The notes under the pieces: model-generated
Seen by the model: the letters and a program-made list of their open reading frames with translations, nothing else
Database searches by the model: none
Told to the model about the DNA's origin: nothing
Program-made: the position numbers and the translations under genes
Shown here: in pieces, positions 40,401-53,472 of the stretch
Layout of the letters: the number at the start of each line of letters is the position of its first letter
Numbering within the stretch: the stretch's first letter is position 1
From: Azolla caroliniana
Taxonomy: Eukaryota; Plantae; Polypodiophyta
DNA: 64,000 nucleotides
Reading direction: 5' to 3'
Assembly: GCA_043228905.1 (NCBI GenBank)
Contig: JBHGNT010000007.1
Coordinates: forward strand, 21,204,001-21,268,000

Positions 40401-41152
40401 GGCGCTTCGTTGGGTTTGTTGTGGTCCTTCTTCGAAGTGCGTTTATAGCGAAGAACTATTTTAACGGCCTCTTCGAAGGATTTTGGATCCTTATCGTGCA
40501 CTATCCAGCGATAGTCCGAATTGGGGATGCCATTGACAAAACAAGCTATCAACCAATTGTCCCCTTCTAGACCCGATTTTTAGATTTGGGTTCTAGCATG
40601 GTGAACATAGTCTTCTAGAGAGGAAAATTTCCTGCTAGAGAGGTTCATTAAAGCTTGTGTTGCCTCGGTTCGAGAGGGAGGTTGCAGAAATTGGCCCTTA
40701 AAAACCGTGACAAAATCTGTCCAGGTATCGGGCAATTTCCCCGTTGTACGGAGCCCACGCCACTAGGCGGCGGCCTTACCCCCGAGTTCTCGGCCGACAT
40801 ATGCAATCTTCGTACTATCTGGCGTGGGATAGAGCTAAAAATGAGACTCCTATCATCCCAGCCATGTGCAGATTGCTTCTTCGGTTCTTTCCTTTTTGTC
40901 TCCCGTAAATGGCTTAACGACAAATGATGGTTCACCTTGTCGCTCATAAGGTCTATTAGTCTCACGTTGTAGACTAATGACACGTGCCTCAAGAGCACTC
41001 TGAGATTGCCGAAGTTCGGTCATCTGTTGAGCGGTGAAACTAAGGTATTGGGTTATTTGTGCCAAATACATCTCAGTGGACATTTGTCCAGGAGGATTCC
41101 CTTGAGTTCCTTCCGCTTGAGCGGATGACATCGGGTCGTTAATTTGAGCCAT
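37422..41152 (-). pseudogene. Chromovirus gag-pol with C-terminal chromodomain
   Basis: CVFCKKKGHTKDQC; FLFDSGSSHNF; FLDDILVYS; VETDASDY; [14 protein letters not shown]; jumps from [10 protein letters not shown] to the INT tail; chromodomain PERILD...FKIKW....ATWE. Confidence 0.92.
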
Positions 41153-42323
41153 TAAAGATTATTTCTGGAAAAGAAATAGGATAAGGTCAGAGAGATAGTC
41201 ATAACATCATGTCGTGATGTAAACATATCATAGGCAAACATTAATCGATATCATGATCTCACGTCAATACCCCTCTAGACGTATGAGATGAGGTTCAAGA
41301 TCAGGTTACTATGGTAACACAAAGGTGTTTTAAAAACCATGGGGGTGACAAATAAATGTCTTTCCCTTATTTCTATATCGATTTTTTCATGGTGGCTCCC
41401 CGAGGCTCAACCATGTATGTTCGCGTCATGAATAGTTTATACACGAAAAAAATGTTAACAATAAACTATGTTTCGGTGCCCACATATGTGGTTTCGGCTC
41501 TTTAAGTCCTATTACGAGGACCCCGAGGTGCACTTAGACCTTAAGTCTAAACATGTGTTATAGTCATATGTATCAAGGATGTTGTATGGTCTTGGTCATA
41601 TTTGAACTCGAGACCTCGAGAACAAATACATTAAACACTTGATCCAACCAAGTAAGTTGCTCTTCTTAAATGCTTAATGTTTGATGCGTATAAGAGATAT
41701 GCGAGATCATATATCTTTTTTCTAAAAGAACATATATGTCAAGGGTCCTTATTTCGCCCTCATTTACCAAAACTATGTTGGTACGTTACCTAACCTCAAG
41801 TCTCATAATTACGATGGCATACGCCAAAGTGCAACCTAATGGTCAAACCAAATGAGCCCCCGTTTCGTAGTAGGCTCACGTGGCCCATCACATGGTCACG
41901 TCATTACGAATGCCTCTCGTAAGAACGAGCTCATGGTGGCATCGTATCCCTGTAACGAGGGAGGGATGTTGGATACGTGTGTCATTGGAGCGACCTCACT
42001 TGAAATGGGTCAAGCCCTACGTACTCAACATCATTATGGCTATAGGCGTTTCTTTACGTAACGAAATCGAGGTCATCAACGGGGTTGTCAACAATAAAAA
42101 ATTGTTGAAAAAGGGATGGTGACAACGCCATTCTCACAAAAATGTGAGGACGGCCACCAACATCCTTTTCCCGACAAGGACGACTTTCGATATAATCACG
42201 TAATAACGAATATACACATATGTTTACTTATCACATATATACGATCAAATACGTATATACGTGACCACATATGGTTATATTAACATATCGTTATATTAAA
42301 TAGCCACAAATGATGTGATCGAG

Positions 42324-42590
42324 ATACGTAATCGAGGTATATACCTCTACGCACACGAAACATCCACAAATAAGAGATCATCGTAATACGCAATTGAGGT
42401 ATTGACCTCTTATGCATACGAGACCAACCGCATATCGTTTACAACAAATCAAGGTATTAAACTCATATGCAAACATAACATATGTTCGTGAACGTAATAC
42501 GTAATTGAGGTATTAACCTCGTACGCATACGACACTCATCACATATTATTAATATGTCAAACGAGGTATTGACCTCGTGCACATATGTAA
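42324..42590. repeat. Five degenerate ~56-bp repeats with palindromic core GAGGT-n4-ACCTC in the chromovirus leader
   Basis: Cores at 42334, 42396, 42451 (degenerate), 42507 and 42563. Confidence 0.8.
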
Positions 42591-44208
42591 ACGTTTTAGA
42601 TAATCAATTAAAGACCACTACAACATCATTGACTTAATGAAAAAAATTACATATAAACTAAACACATGATTAGATGGGAGAAGAGAGAATAGAAAGAAAA
42701 ATTATGGAAAGAGTTACCAAAGTTCTTTGTTGATCGTTGTTTGGATCAAGGCTGACCGCACATCGATCGATCAGCATCAATCAAAACACAAATGAAAAAC
42801 AAAGAAACATTAGTACATAGCTCTGATACCAAATATTAGAGATCTAAGTACTAAAGTAAGCTTAAGATAAGGATAAACAAATGATAGATAGAAAGGAGAA
42901 TGAGAAAGAAGGGTGCCGATCCACCCGACCACCCCCAAGCGAAGGGATCGAAACGGACTCGAGCCTCGATCAGCGTCCCATACCACCACCGTGGCGTCGA
43001 GTCGTACCTGGTGCTGGCGCGCTCGCTACCAGAGTTGACCCACCACAAGAGCAGAGTCTCGATGTAGTCAAAAAGATGATCAAATGAGGGTAGCTAGGCC
43101 TCTTATTTATAGCGATACCAAAGGCCCCTAGGCAAGTTCACACTTGACCTAATGGGTTGTCTCAATCCCGAGGATTAAAAGTAATCCTCCCCTTCTTTAC
43201 ACTCTCGTTTAACCCTCACACTTATCCACGTGTATAGAATACTACGGTAAATTCTCACCACGGGATATTAAATGGTCATGCCCGTAACAAATACCGGCTG
43301 GAACAACTCCTCGAACTCGGCGAAGACAGGATAGAAAGTATGGCCCAGCTCGAACAACGCCAATGACAATGCAAGGCTTTCGTGGATCGACATCGAAACG
43401 GGTTGGAGAAGGAGCTCACCATTGGCAAACCGGTTCTCCTTTTTCAAACACGACTCGGGTCTATGCCGGGAAAATTAAGATTTCGGTGGACCGGTCCATT
43501 CTGGATTATCGACGAGTTCAACGGGACGTTCCAGCTCGGCACACTCGCCGGCGACACTGTCAAAAGCTGGGCCAATGGTTTTCGACTTCGACCATATCGA
43601 GGCACTACACCACCCAACCCGTTTACCGAGCCACACGACACAAACGAGTTTCGGGAGACCACCACGGAGGAGGGCACATGTCCCCCTTAATAAGGACTCA
43701 CCAGCCTTCTTGAAATTAATAAAGTAGGTAGGATTAACCATAGTTTAGCCACCGATTAGCTACACCTACACCACCCACCTAGGCACCCACAATTTTAGGA
43801 GCACCCCTCGCCACCTCTCATTTAGTACCTATTTAAGCACATGCAAAGCACTAGAAGCACCCCACTCACCTTCAGGACACGTGGCGCGAGTCACTTATTA
43901 TGGCACCCACGACTCAGAATCTTCAGGATTCGCTTCGGGCACAAAACCCTAGGAGTAAGCTACTAAAACCATTTCCAAAACGCAGCACAGACACAGAAGT
44001 TCATCATCGCTCCCAATCTCCATCACGCTCAAGCTCAAAAGCCCCTTTTCACTCTCATCGCTCTAAACGCTCTTGCTCTCAAGCCCTCTTCCGCTCTCAT
44101 AGCCCCTCTGCCGAACTTCCCCTTCCTGCTGTTCCTCCTCTGTCTCGCCCTCGCCTCATCACTCTTCTTCACTCTTCCACACAGTCAAACCCTGTCTCCA
44201 TCTCCACC

Positions 44209-47200
44209 ATGCCTCTTACCGCTTCAACAAAAACCCGCGCCTGGCTCCAGGAACGAGGAATGGGCGGTTACTTGAAGGTCATCGATGCCCCCGCGCACCC
44301 GGATGCCCAAGGAGTGGCTAAACGTATTTGTCCCGAAGCCATCACCAACAACATGCTTCGAGCTGTTTTGGACCTGCAACGGGGGGGGGACCATGAGGTC
44401 GACATACCCCCGGCATCGAAGCTGAAAGAGTACTTCAGTGAGTACTCAACCTCAGGGAAGGCATATCGCACGTATGGCGGTCCCAACAGAGCTTTCGGGG
44501 AGATTGCTCGTATATTTATGGAGTATGCGTTCGTGCATACGAACCCGACGAGCATGCCGCAGAACAAGGCAGCCATCATCATCAGTGCGTATGAAGGAAA
44601 CAGAGTCGATTGGGGAATCATCACAGGTGAAGAACTCCGCGCCGCCTTGGCCTCATTCTAGTCCGGTAAGAAGATGTTGTCTGTTCTTACCCACTTTTTG
44701 ATGGTTCTATACCCACCCTCTTCTCATCCTTCCCCTCGCACACTCACGTCCCCACCACCACCACAAAGGCAGAGAGAGAAATTGGTTGCCATCAGCCACG
44801 AAGCATGGGAGGAGCCCACATCGCCTTCACCTCCTGCCGCCGACCAAAACCCCGCATCGGCACCACCACCCTCCCAACCCCAACAAAAAAGGGTAGTTTC
44901 CGAGACCTGCCAAGAATGGGAGGAGGAGATAGCCACGAAGGACAACACGGCAGACGATGTCACCATTCGACAGCCAACGCCGCGCCCCTCGGTAACTTCC
45001 CCAGGGCCTAGCCCACGCCCCAACACACAACAGGCAGCACCACCACGACCCCAGAAAAGGAAGCAGTCGGAGGAAACGACACTACCGGCCCCGGAACCCC
45101 AAACCCAGCCGAGCAAGAGAAGATGACTCAACCGTGAGTCCTCGGCAGAACAGAAAGAGCCACAACAGGAGCAAGCCTTAGTTGTCAGCCAGAGCAACCT
45201 GGCCATCATCCCTGAGGAGGCATCACTGAACCAAGGAAAGATCGAGCATGGGCAGACAACGCAGATCTCGGAGGATGAAGTCCTCGGGTATAAAGACCTC
45301 CCCACAGAGGCTTACGAATTTAGTGCGCTCCTACGCCTTGGTACGACATTCGAGCTGGTCGACTTCCTCGCCAGAGCCCAAGTCGCAACAGCCGCTCGAA
45401 TGGCGGAAGAGCACGCCGAAACAAAATTGATTCAACGCGCGCTATTAGGTGAAATTGAGCCCTAGGACGACGGGGCTTTACAAAAAATAGGGAGAAAGAA
45501 GCAGGCAAAACAAGCCGCTCTCCTCATGGAGGTCCCCGAGTTGAACACGGCCCTTATCGAGGTATATAGGGACCTGGATCGCACTACGCGGCCAACCAAA
45601 GACATGGCCTGAAAGATAAAAACAGCCCAAAATTAGGCTAAGGTGGCTACGGAATTATGGCATGCTGCGAAACAGAAACTAGCAGCCTGGGAGCAAAACC
45701 GGCCGGAACAACAACTCTTGAGCCTTCCGGCCACAACCACCGAGGCCATCCCAGCCCCTCCACGCATAACAATGATAGATGAAAGCACCGTCACGGATTC
45801 AATCCTGACGATCCAGGCCAGCACACTAACGGACTCGTTACAAATGGTCGATGCCTGCACAACAACCGAGGCGGCCACGCCAATGGAGAAGACCGAGATA
45901 CCACCCCCTCGTTCACCCAAGGAGGTGGCAACCCAGACAGAACCCCCGCTCCGGGATTACCGAACGGAGCTTAAAGAAGAACAATGGCGGACCGAGAGAC
46001 ACGAACAACGGCATCAGGAGGCCATGGCTCGCTTAAAAGAAGAAGCTTCCAAATAGATGGCCGAGATTGGAGCCCAGGCCGACCAAAGGATACACGAGCA
46101 GAACGAAGCACTAGGCCGGGTACAAGCGCAAGCTGCGGGCAAAGAAGCAGAACTCAAAAGCAAGCTGGAGGAATACGCGGCCATAGTGACAGAGAAAGAG
46201 AAGGAGGTCCTAGACCTACAGGCCACGCTCGACATTGCGAAAGACTGGAACCACCGGCAGGAGGAAAGAAATCGCCAACGGGAGGACAAAATGATCGCGG
46301 AGAATGTCGAGCTGTAGAGTCAACGTACGACCCTTAAAGAAATGGCTGACGAGTTTTTCATCAAATGCAAGCTACTTTCGGAGCAAAAAGACGAATTATC
46401 TTATTCTTACTTCGCCCTACAAGAAGAGAGAATCGTCGAACGGGAACAAGTCCGGGCCACGTGTCAAAAAGAATGGGAGAAAGCTACCGAAGAACTCACC
46501 AAGCATTACGAGCAGTCTATCCAGCTCGTAACCGCGGATGCAAAGAACACTCAAGCCACCTATGAACTACTAGCAAAGAAGCTTCAGGCCGAGGTCAACG
46601 GCTTAAAACAGGAATTGGCAGTCGTCCGAGCACAGCCCGGCATGGATGAGACACACATCAGAATACTGATCGAGAAACAGCGCCAGCACCTCACCAAAAA
46701 GGTCGAGGAAACATTAAGTCGCGCAGGAGACGAATGGGCAGCCCAAGCTGCTGAATTGCATATTTTACGCGCCGACGCCGAGAACGAACAGGAGGGCCGC
46801 GGCTTTTACAAAATGGATGAAGCCAGCATACAAAACCTGCGGGCAGATTTAACCGAGGATTACCAGTCCTTGGCAAAATCTCACACCGCGGCACTCGAGC
46901 AAATACTGGAGGACTTCAATGACGGTCAGATGCTGTTTTGCCTGGAAGCAGAAGCCTTCGAACGAGAACGACTCGCAGCCATCCCAACCAGCCCTCCAAT
47001 GGCCACAGAGCAGCAAGAGGAACCTTCCAGCGAGGGGATCACGGACACGGCACAGGAGGAACTCGCCCCGGCCAACAGACCTCCCGAGGACGCCCACACG
47101 GTACTAGATCCAATCGAAGTAGAGGTCAGCGCCCTCGGACCCACACCACCACCAGAAGAATCGGCCGCACCTGAGGCGGACACCCGAGAGGATATGACAC

Positions 47201-47301
47201 CCCCGGACCAAACTCAACCTCCCGCACTGACAATCCAACCAGACCACCCTGCCACCACCCCGGACCCCGAAAACATCCTCGACATCTTAAAAGAGGAATG
47301 A
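44209..47301 (+). pseudogene. Extra sense-strand ORF downstream of pol (globular N-terminus, Pro-rich linker, long coiled coil)
   Basis: ORFs 43900-44661, 44674-45126, 45643-46056, 46057-46317 and 46342-47301 are all in one frame, separated by point stops. Located between INT and the 3' LTR. Confidence 0.75.
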
Positions 47302-47902
47302 AACGAGGATCACGCCTAAAAGGCAATTTTTGTAATATTGTTAGTATTTTGTAAGTCGTGGGTCCGACGGACAAGGTCCTGTCCCACAGGCGTGCCAGGT
47401 GTTGTCCAAAGGACAGAAATGTAAAATTAGGAAATTAGCAAACGGCGGTAGTGTAACCGAGTAGGAATGAACGCCAGCGAAGCGCCGAGTCCGAGTATCA
47501 CGGGCCACCGACGGCTCGGCTGTGTATTAGGGGAAACGTTATTTAAACGAGGTCCAGTACCTCAGAGCGGGGGGGAGAAAAAATATAGGCGGAAGCACTA
47601 GCTTAGTCCATCGTAACTAGTTAATCCTGTAAGGTCATGGACCGTAGGCCGTGTTTTGTAATCCTTTTGGTGTTGCAGTAATATATTTGATTTGTGTCCA
47701 TTTTGCTCCATGTGTCTGTGCTTTGGCTCATACTTATGATTTCAGCGCCGCCCATGCCTATCAAGATCTCGCTAGTGTTTTATCTCTGATCATCTCCTCC
47801 CTCACGACGCCTTTGTTACGAGCCTTCACGTACCACGCCCTTGGATACCGATAGTTGCAGGTCTATTGAAGGTGTTCACCCAAAGGAACAGGTAACACCC
47901 CG

Positions 47903-49070
47903 ATCCTGATCTACTGTGACAACATAAGCAGCATTCAGCTCGCCAAGAACCCCGTGTTCCATGCTCGGACGAAGCACATAGAAGTCCACTATCACTTTGT
48001 GCGTGAGCGGGTTTTGAGTGGTGAAGTTCAACTTCGGTATGTTCAGACGGATTGGCAAGTTGCCGATATCTTCACCAAACCGCTCGGATCGAACAAGTTG
48101 CAACACTTCACCGAAATGCTTGGTGTTTAGCATCTCGACGTGCCGCACTTAAGGGGGAGAAAAGGAAAGGGAATGGATGGCACCAGACAAGGAACCGGGA
48201 AGGGAAGAACCAACAAAGGGGGAGACGAGAGGAAAAAGGAAGCTGAGTCGACGAAAGAAGTCGGCACGTCCGAACAAATCAGAACGAGCGGCAACGGCGG
48301 CAAAGTCAAGAAGGACGGAGCCGACCTGAAGGAGAAGGCCAAGACCCGGACATGGTCTGATATAGTGAAGGGCCTGAAACCGGAAGACGAGTTGGAGAAC
48401 ACCGACTCGGACAAGAGCTAGAACGAATCGGGAGCGACCGATTCGGACAAGAGCTGGAACGAATCGAAGGAAACCGATTCAGAGAAGCTGGATCAACTAA
48501 AGGCCAAACGGACACGGACGCAGCGGAAGTCGACGCCAACACGAAGGAACCGATGGGTCGACAAGCACCGGAGTCGCAACAACGAGGGAGCCAAAATGGG
48601 CCTGTTGAGCAGACAAGCCGACCGAGGAGGTCGAGGTGCGCAAAACCAGAAGGGTCGCGGCAAACAGGACCGGACCGGACAAGGAGCACAAGCAAGGCGA
48701 AGCAACGCCAAAAAGAGTCGTGTAGAAGAACCGGTTGCCACAGACACTAACACCACGATCCGACCTGAAGTTGAGCTTGAGGGGGAGTGTTGAGCAAGCA
48801 TGCTCAATCGGATCCGGATCGGCTGAAGAAGCCTGAGCCGGATCAGTATCCGGAAACAACCGGCTGGATCGGAGAGCCGGATTCGAGCGGGAACCGGAAG
48901 CCTAGTAGTAGCCTAGACTACTAGGTAATCATTGTCTTGCAGTTAGTGTCAGTCGCACGTAAGAATATTGAAGTATCTGTCAGTTCTTTATGGACTTGTC
49001 TAAATAATGTTGTTTAGCATGTTGTATGTATAGAGTTACAGAGTATTTTCATTTTGTCACCCACGCTTAC
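47903..49070 (+). mobile_element. Copia A-type 3' end (RNaseH, purine-rich 3' region, PPT, truncated 3' LTR 48788-49070)
   Basis: IYCDNISSIQLAKNPVFHARTKHIEVHYHF..ADIFTK; GAGGGGGAG before TGTTGAGC; LTR homologous to 2204-2643. Confidence 0.9.
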
Positions 49071-49622
49071 AATACATTTATACATACGTTGACACGGATC
49101 AACCCTTTTTGAGCATTCTATGGGCGCGACCCTCGCCTCCCACCAAAATCGTCCATTGACATCCATTCCAAACCTGCCAACATGGATAGTGCCACTTGGG
49201 GGCTCTATCTCCAAGAGAGGCTCCCCCTCCTTCAACAAGCCAGCTCCCGAAACTTACAAGTCACACAACAGCGCCAGAAGCACCAAGGGATTCAGCTCAT
49301 TCACAATGGTTTGTGCCATCAGATCCACTACGTACTTGCTCCGACGTGATACCAACGGCCGATTCACCTCCATCCATGTTGCCCGCATCAAGCCCTATGC
49401 CACCCTAGGCCCACCTTTTCACCCTTGTCCTTTCCCCATGTCATAAAACTCGTTTCTCTCAAGGGGGAAATGCGGTGTCCCTTTCATGCAAGTGCATGCC
49501 TTTTAGCACACCACCCTTTTAGCATACCCTTTTAGCATGCATGTAGCTAAGCCAACCAAATGGGTACCTTTGTATCTTCTATAAATTTAGCAAGAAATAA
49601 GAAGCTAAGTAGGTTGGTTTTG
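49063..49622 (+). mobile_element. Gypsy element X, 3' part (INT tail, PPT 49461-49470, truncated 3' LTR from 49471)
   Basis: AYNTFIHTLTRINPF..YGRDPRLP and TTYLL...IHVARIKPY (INT); AAGGGGGAAA then TGCGGTG; LTR matches 1291-1410. Confidence 0.8.
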
Positions 49623-50060
49623 TACCACAGGGTGAAGTCTGCGATCAACATCCAAATGTCCGGGAACCTAGGGGATGCGGACTGTAAGCCTCTCTCAAAT
49701 TGAATCTTGGAGATTTTTCCTCGCATGCATACATAGCACCAACTATCCGCATTGAAGGCGTCCGTTCACCTATCACCAGAATGATCAAGCCATGCCGCAA
49801 CACTCCACGATGTTGTTCCTTCCACTTCACATGCCGCAAGGAGGCGAGTCACTCTATCCCATACCTTTTGAGCGTGAGGGCAATCCCACAAACAATGCCT
49901 CAGAGTCTCAATAGGTGAATGGCAAAGTGGGCAGCCTAACGGGCCGCCACATTTACCTAGCCATTCGCCAACGGGAACCACATTATGCCCGATTTGCCAC
50001 CCAAAAAACTTTATCTTTTCCGGCAAGTGGAGACGCCTGAGACCCTTCCAAAAGGTAATG
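49623..50060 (-). mobile_element. LINE (L1-like) ORF2 fragment, zf-RVT region
   Basis: FWKGLRRLHLPEKIKFFGWQI...CPLC..IETLRHCLWDCPHAQKVW. Confidence 0.85.
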
Positions 50061-50219
50061 AGCATACAGATTTCATATTGCATACAGATTAGAATCAACC
50101 ATATATATTGACATACATATATACATAATACATACAATAAAATTACGTATTACATAAATACATACACAAATGCATATATACATACAAAACACACAAAAAT
50201 AAATGACCTTTATATTATA

Positions 50220-50532
50220 GGGAAAAGTACTAGAATACCCCTGGAAGTTCGTCTATTTACCAAAATGCCCCTGGAAGTTCCAAATTTACCAAACTACCCC
50301 TATGTCCAAAAAATTACACTTTATAAAGTAATTATACACTCAAATCTACAAGCCCTATTTACCAAAGATGGAAGAAATGGACCCGAACTAGCCCTATGTA
50401 TCAAATATATGAGTGTATAATTACTTTATAAAGTGTAATTTTTTGGACATAGGGGTAGTTTGGTAAATTTGGAACTTCCAGGGGCATTCTGGTAAATAGA
50501 CGAACTTCCAGGGGTATCTTGGTACTTTTCCC
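50220..50532. mobile_element. Mutator-like MITE with 123-bp TIRs and 9-bp TSD TATATTATA
   Basis: GGGAAAAGTAC...GTACTTTTCCC; arms 50220-50342 and 50410-50532; TSD at 50211-50219 and 50533-50541. Confidence 0.93.
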
Positions 50533-50541
50533 TATATTATA

Positions 50542-51254
50542 TATATATACACATACACATACATATTAATACCTAAGATTACATACTATGTATATACAAA
50601 TCTTCATACTTACAAGCAAGTTACATATATATACATGTGCACACTTAAATAAATAAATTAGATATTACATAGCATATAATCCATACCTATTACACAATAT
50701 ACAAATTTACACATACATAAATTACATATATACATATATAGATATATTACATATGTACATACATATTCCACATATCACCATATATATGTATAGATTATAC
50801 TGAACCATACAAACCACAATACTTACACACACACACACACATTAGATATGTATATGTATACTTACACATAAATAAATTAGATATTACATAGCATATAATC
50901 CATACCTATTACACAATATACAAATTTACACGTACATAAATTACATATATATGTGGATACATACATAGATATATTACATATGTACATACATATTCCACAT
51001 ATCACCAAATATATATGGATTATACTGGACCATACAAACCACAATACTTACACACACACACTAGATATATGTATACTTGCACATACATTGGATATATACA
51101 TGTATATTACATACATACTACAAACATACATCCATATACAAGCCATATACATATGTACTAAACATGAAAATATCCCAAAAATATACATACATAAATACAT
51201 TACATATATACACATACATACATTCATACATTCATACATTTACATACATATGAC

Positions 51255-51329
<75 letters not shown>

Positions 51330-51944
51330 TATGCACATAGTACAAACACATTCATACTCATTGAATCATGTATATTGACATATACATATATGCATACACA
51401 TACATACATACATATTCCACATATCACCATATATATATATGTACATATGCCTACAATGTTATAAGTTTTACAAACATACATCTGTACACATATATACATA
51501 CATACATACATTACATATGTACATACATATCATCACAAACTACAATACATACATATATACATACACATACATAAATATCATGAACAAACATCCACACACT
51601 CATGTATGCATATATGCATACACTGTTACACATACATACATTACATATTACATATATACACATATGTACATTCATACATGTACATACATACATTGCATAT
51701 GCATATATTAGCATCACACATTCATATACATTGAATCATGTACATTGTCATATATATGCATACACATACATACATTACATATGCATACACATATGTACAT
51801 TCATACATAGAGATACCTATATTCATTTATATATTGCTACATATACATACATTAGAATCATGTAAATTGTCATATGGATATATGCATACACATACATACA
51901 TACATACATACATACATACATACATACATACATACATACATACA

Positions 51945-51978
<34 letters not shown>

Positions 51979-52280
51979 CATACATACATACATTACATAT
52001 GGATATATGCATACACATATGTACATTCGTACATGGACATACATATATTCATTTATACATTGATACACATACATACACATATATACATCAGATATATACA
52101 TAGATATTATGCACATATTACAATCACACATCAATACACATTGAATCATGTACATTTGCATATGCATACACGTATCTACATTCGTAATGGACATACATAT
52201 AGTCTTTTATACATTGCTACATGTACATACACCTCCGTACATACATACATATATTAGATAGATACACACATACGTGTGTG

Positions 52281-52313
<33 letters not shown>

Positions 52314-53440
52314 CCCTACATATAGTCTTTTATACATACACATACATTACATATGGATATATGCATACACATATGTACATTTGTACATGGATATACATAC
52401 ATATATTCATTTATGCATTGCTACATATACATACACATATATATACATATATATTATGCACATATTACATCACATCTCCATACACATTGAATCATGTACA
52501 TTTGCATATGCATATATGCATACACATGTACATGGACATACATATATAGTCTTTTATACATTGCTACATGTACATACACATACATACATATTACAAACAG
52601 ATATCCACACACACATACAAATATACATACATTATATATTACATATGTACATTCATTCATGTTTATTCATGCAAGCATACATATTTTATGCATACATTAT
52701 ATATATATATATATATATATTCATTCATTCATTCATTGATACATACATACATTATGTGCACATACATACATAACATACATTCATACTAAACATAGCATTC
52801 AAACATTCATCTTTTTTTAATTTAGAGTTTTGCCGCCTCCTCCTTTGCTCCCTCCTCTTCTCTCCTCATTGTCGTCGTTGCCTCTTCTCCCCTTGTTGTT
52901 TCTGTCCTCCTTTCGCTGCCTTTGATCTCATTTTGCCGCCTCCATTCTCGTTTGGCCACCGCCGCCGCCACTCGCCTTGTGCCGCTTTTGCTCACCATTA
53001 TTCTCTGTCGGGGCTGCCACAACTACTCTACAAATATTTTACAGGTACACAGAAGTACAAACATCATACATACATAATGCACACATACATAAACCAACAC
53101 ATAAATTCTTAGACACACACACATAACATATACAATCATACACACATGCCATACATATATTACAATACAATATGTACATACATACATTCATACCTATATA
53201 CACATATATACACTTACACACACACACACACAACATATACTATCATACACACATGTCATACATACAATACATACAATAAACGAAATTAATACATTACAAT
53301 ACAATATGTACATACATACACACATACCTATATAGACATATATACACTTACATACATACACATTTACACATATAACACATAAATACAATACAATATGTAC
53401 ACACATACATACATATTACATACACATGGAATACAATACA

Positions 53441-53472
<32 letters not shown>

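Larger units (their letters stand above)
36980..43289 (-). mobile_element. Chromoviral Ty3/gypsy; LTRs 42834-43289 (5') and 36980-37435 (3'); TSD AATAC; integrase core deleted
   Basis: 456-bp near-identical LTRs; PBS-Met at 42820-42831; PPT AAAGAGGGGGAG before the 3' LTR; AATAC at 36975-36979 and 43290-43294. Confidence 0.95.
33311..43690 (+). pseudogene. pol: Pol (PR-RT-RH-INT) of the 30910-47897 element, split by insertions at 34634 and 36980
   Basis: IIDDG.GVNVI and LLGRPWL (PR); RVCVDYRKLN and FLDDFAV (RT); VFVDASD (RH); WGLDFVGPF, STPYYPQAN, WTGPFWI (INT). Contains stops and frameshifts. Confidence 0.92.
30910..47897 (+). mobile_element. Full-length non-chromoviral Ty3/gypsy (Athila/Tat-like) element; LTRs 30910-31407 and 47400-47897; TSD CCCCG
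   Basis: 498-bp near-identical LTRs (TGTTGTCC...AACA); CCCCG at 30905-30909 and 47898-47902; PBS TGGCACGCCCGGT at 31413; gag-PR-RT-RH-INT order plus an extra 3' ORF; hosts two younger insertions. Confidence 0.95.

Noticed and set aside
42324-42590. Palindromic repeat-spacer array as a CRISPR
   Set aside because: The repeats are short and degenerate and lie inside a retrotransposon leader.
29620-49070. One copia from LTR 29620 to LTR 48788
   Set aside because: The LTRs belong to different families; the unit is chimeric at ~30512.
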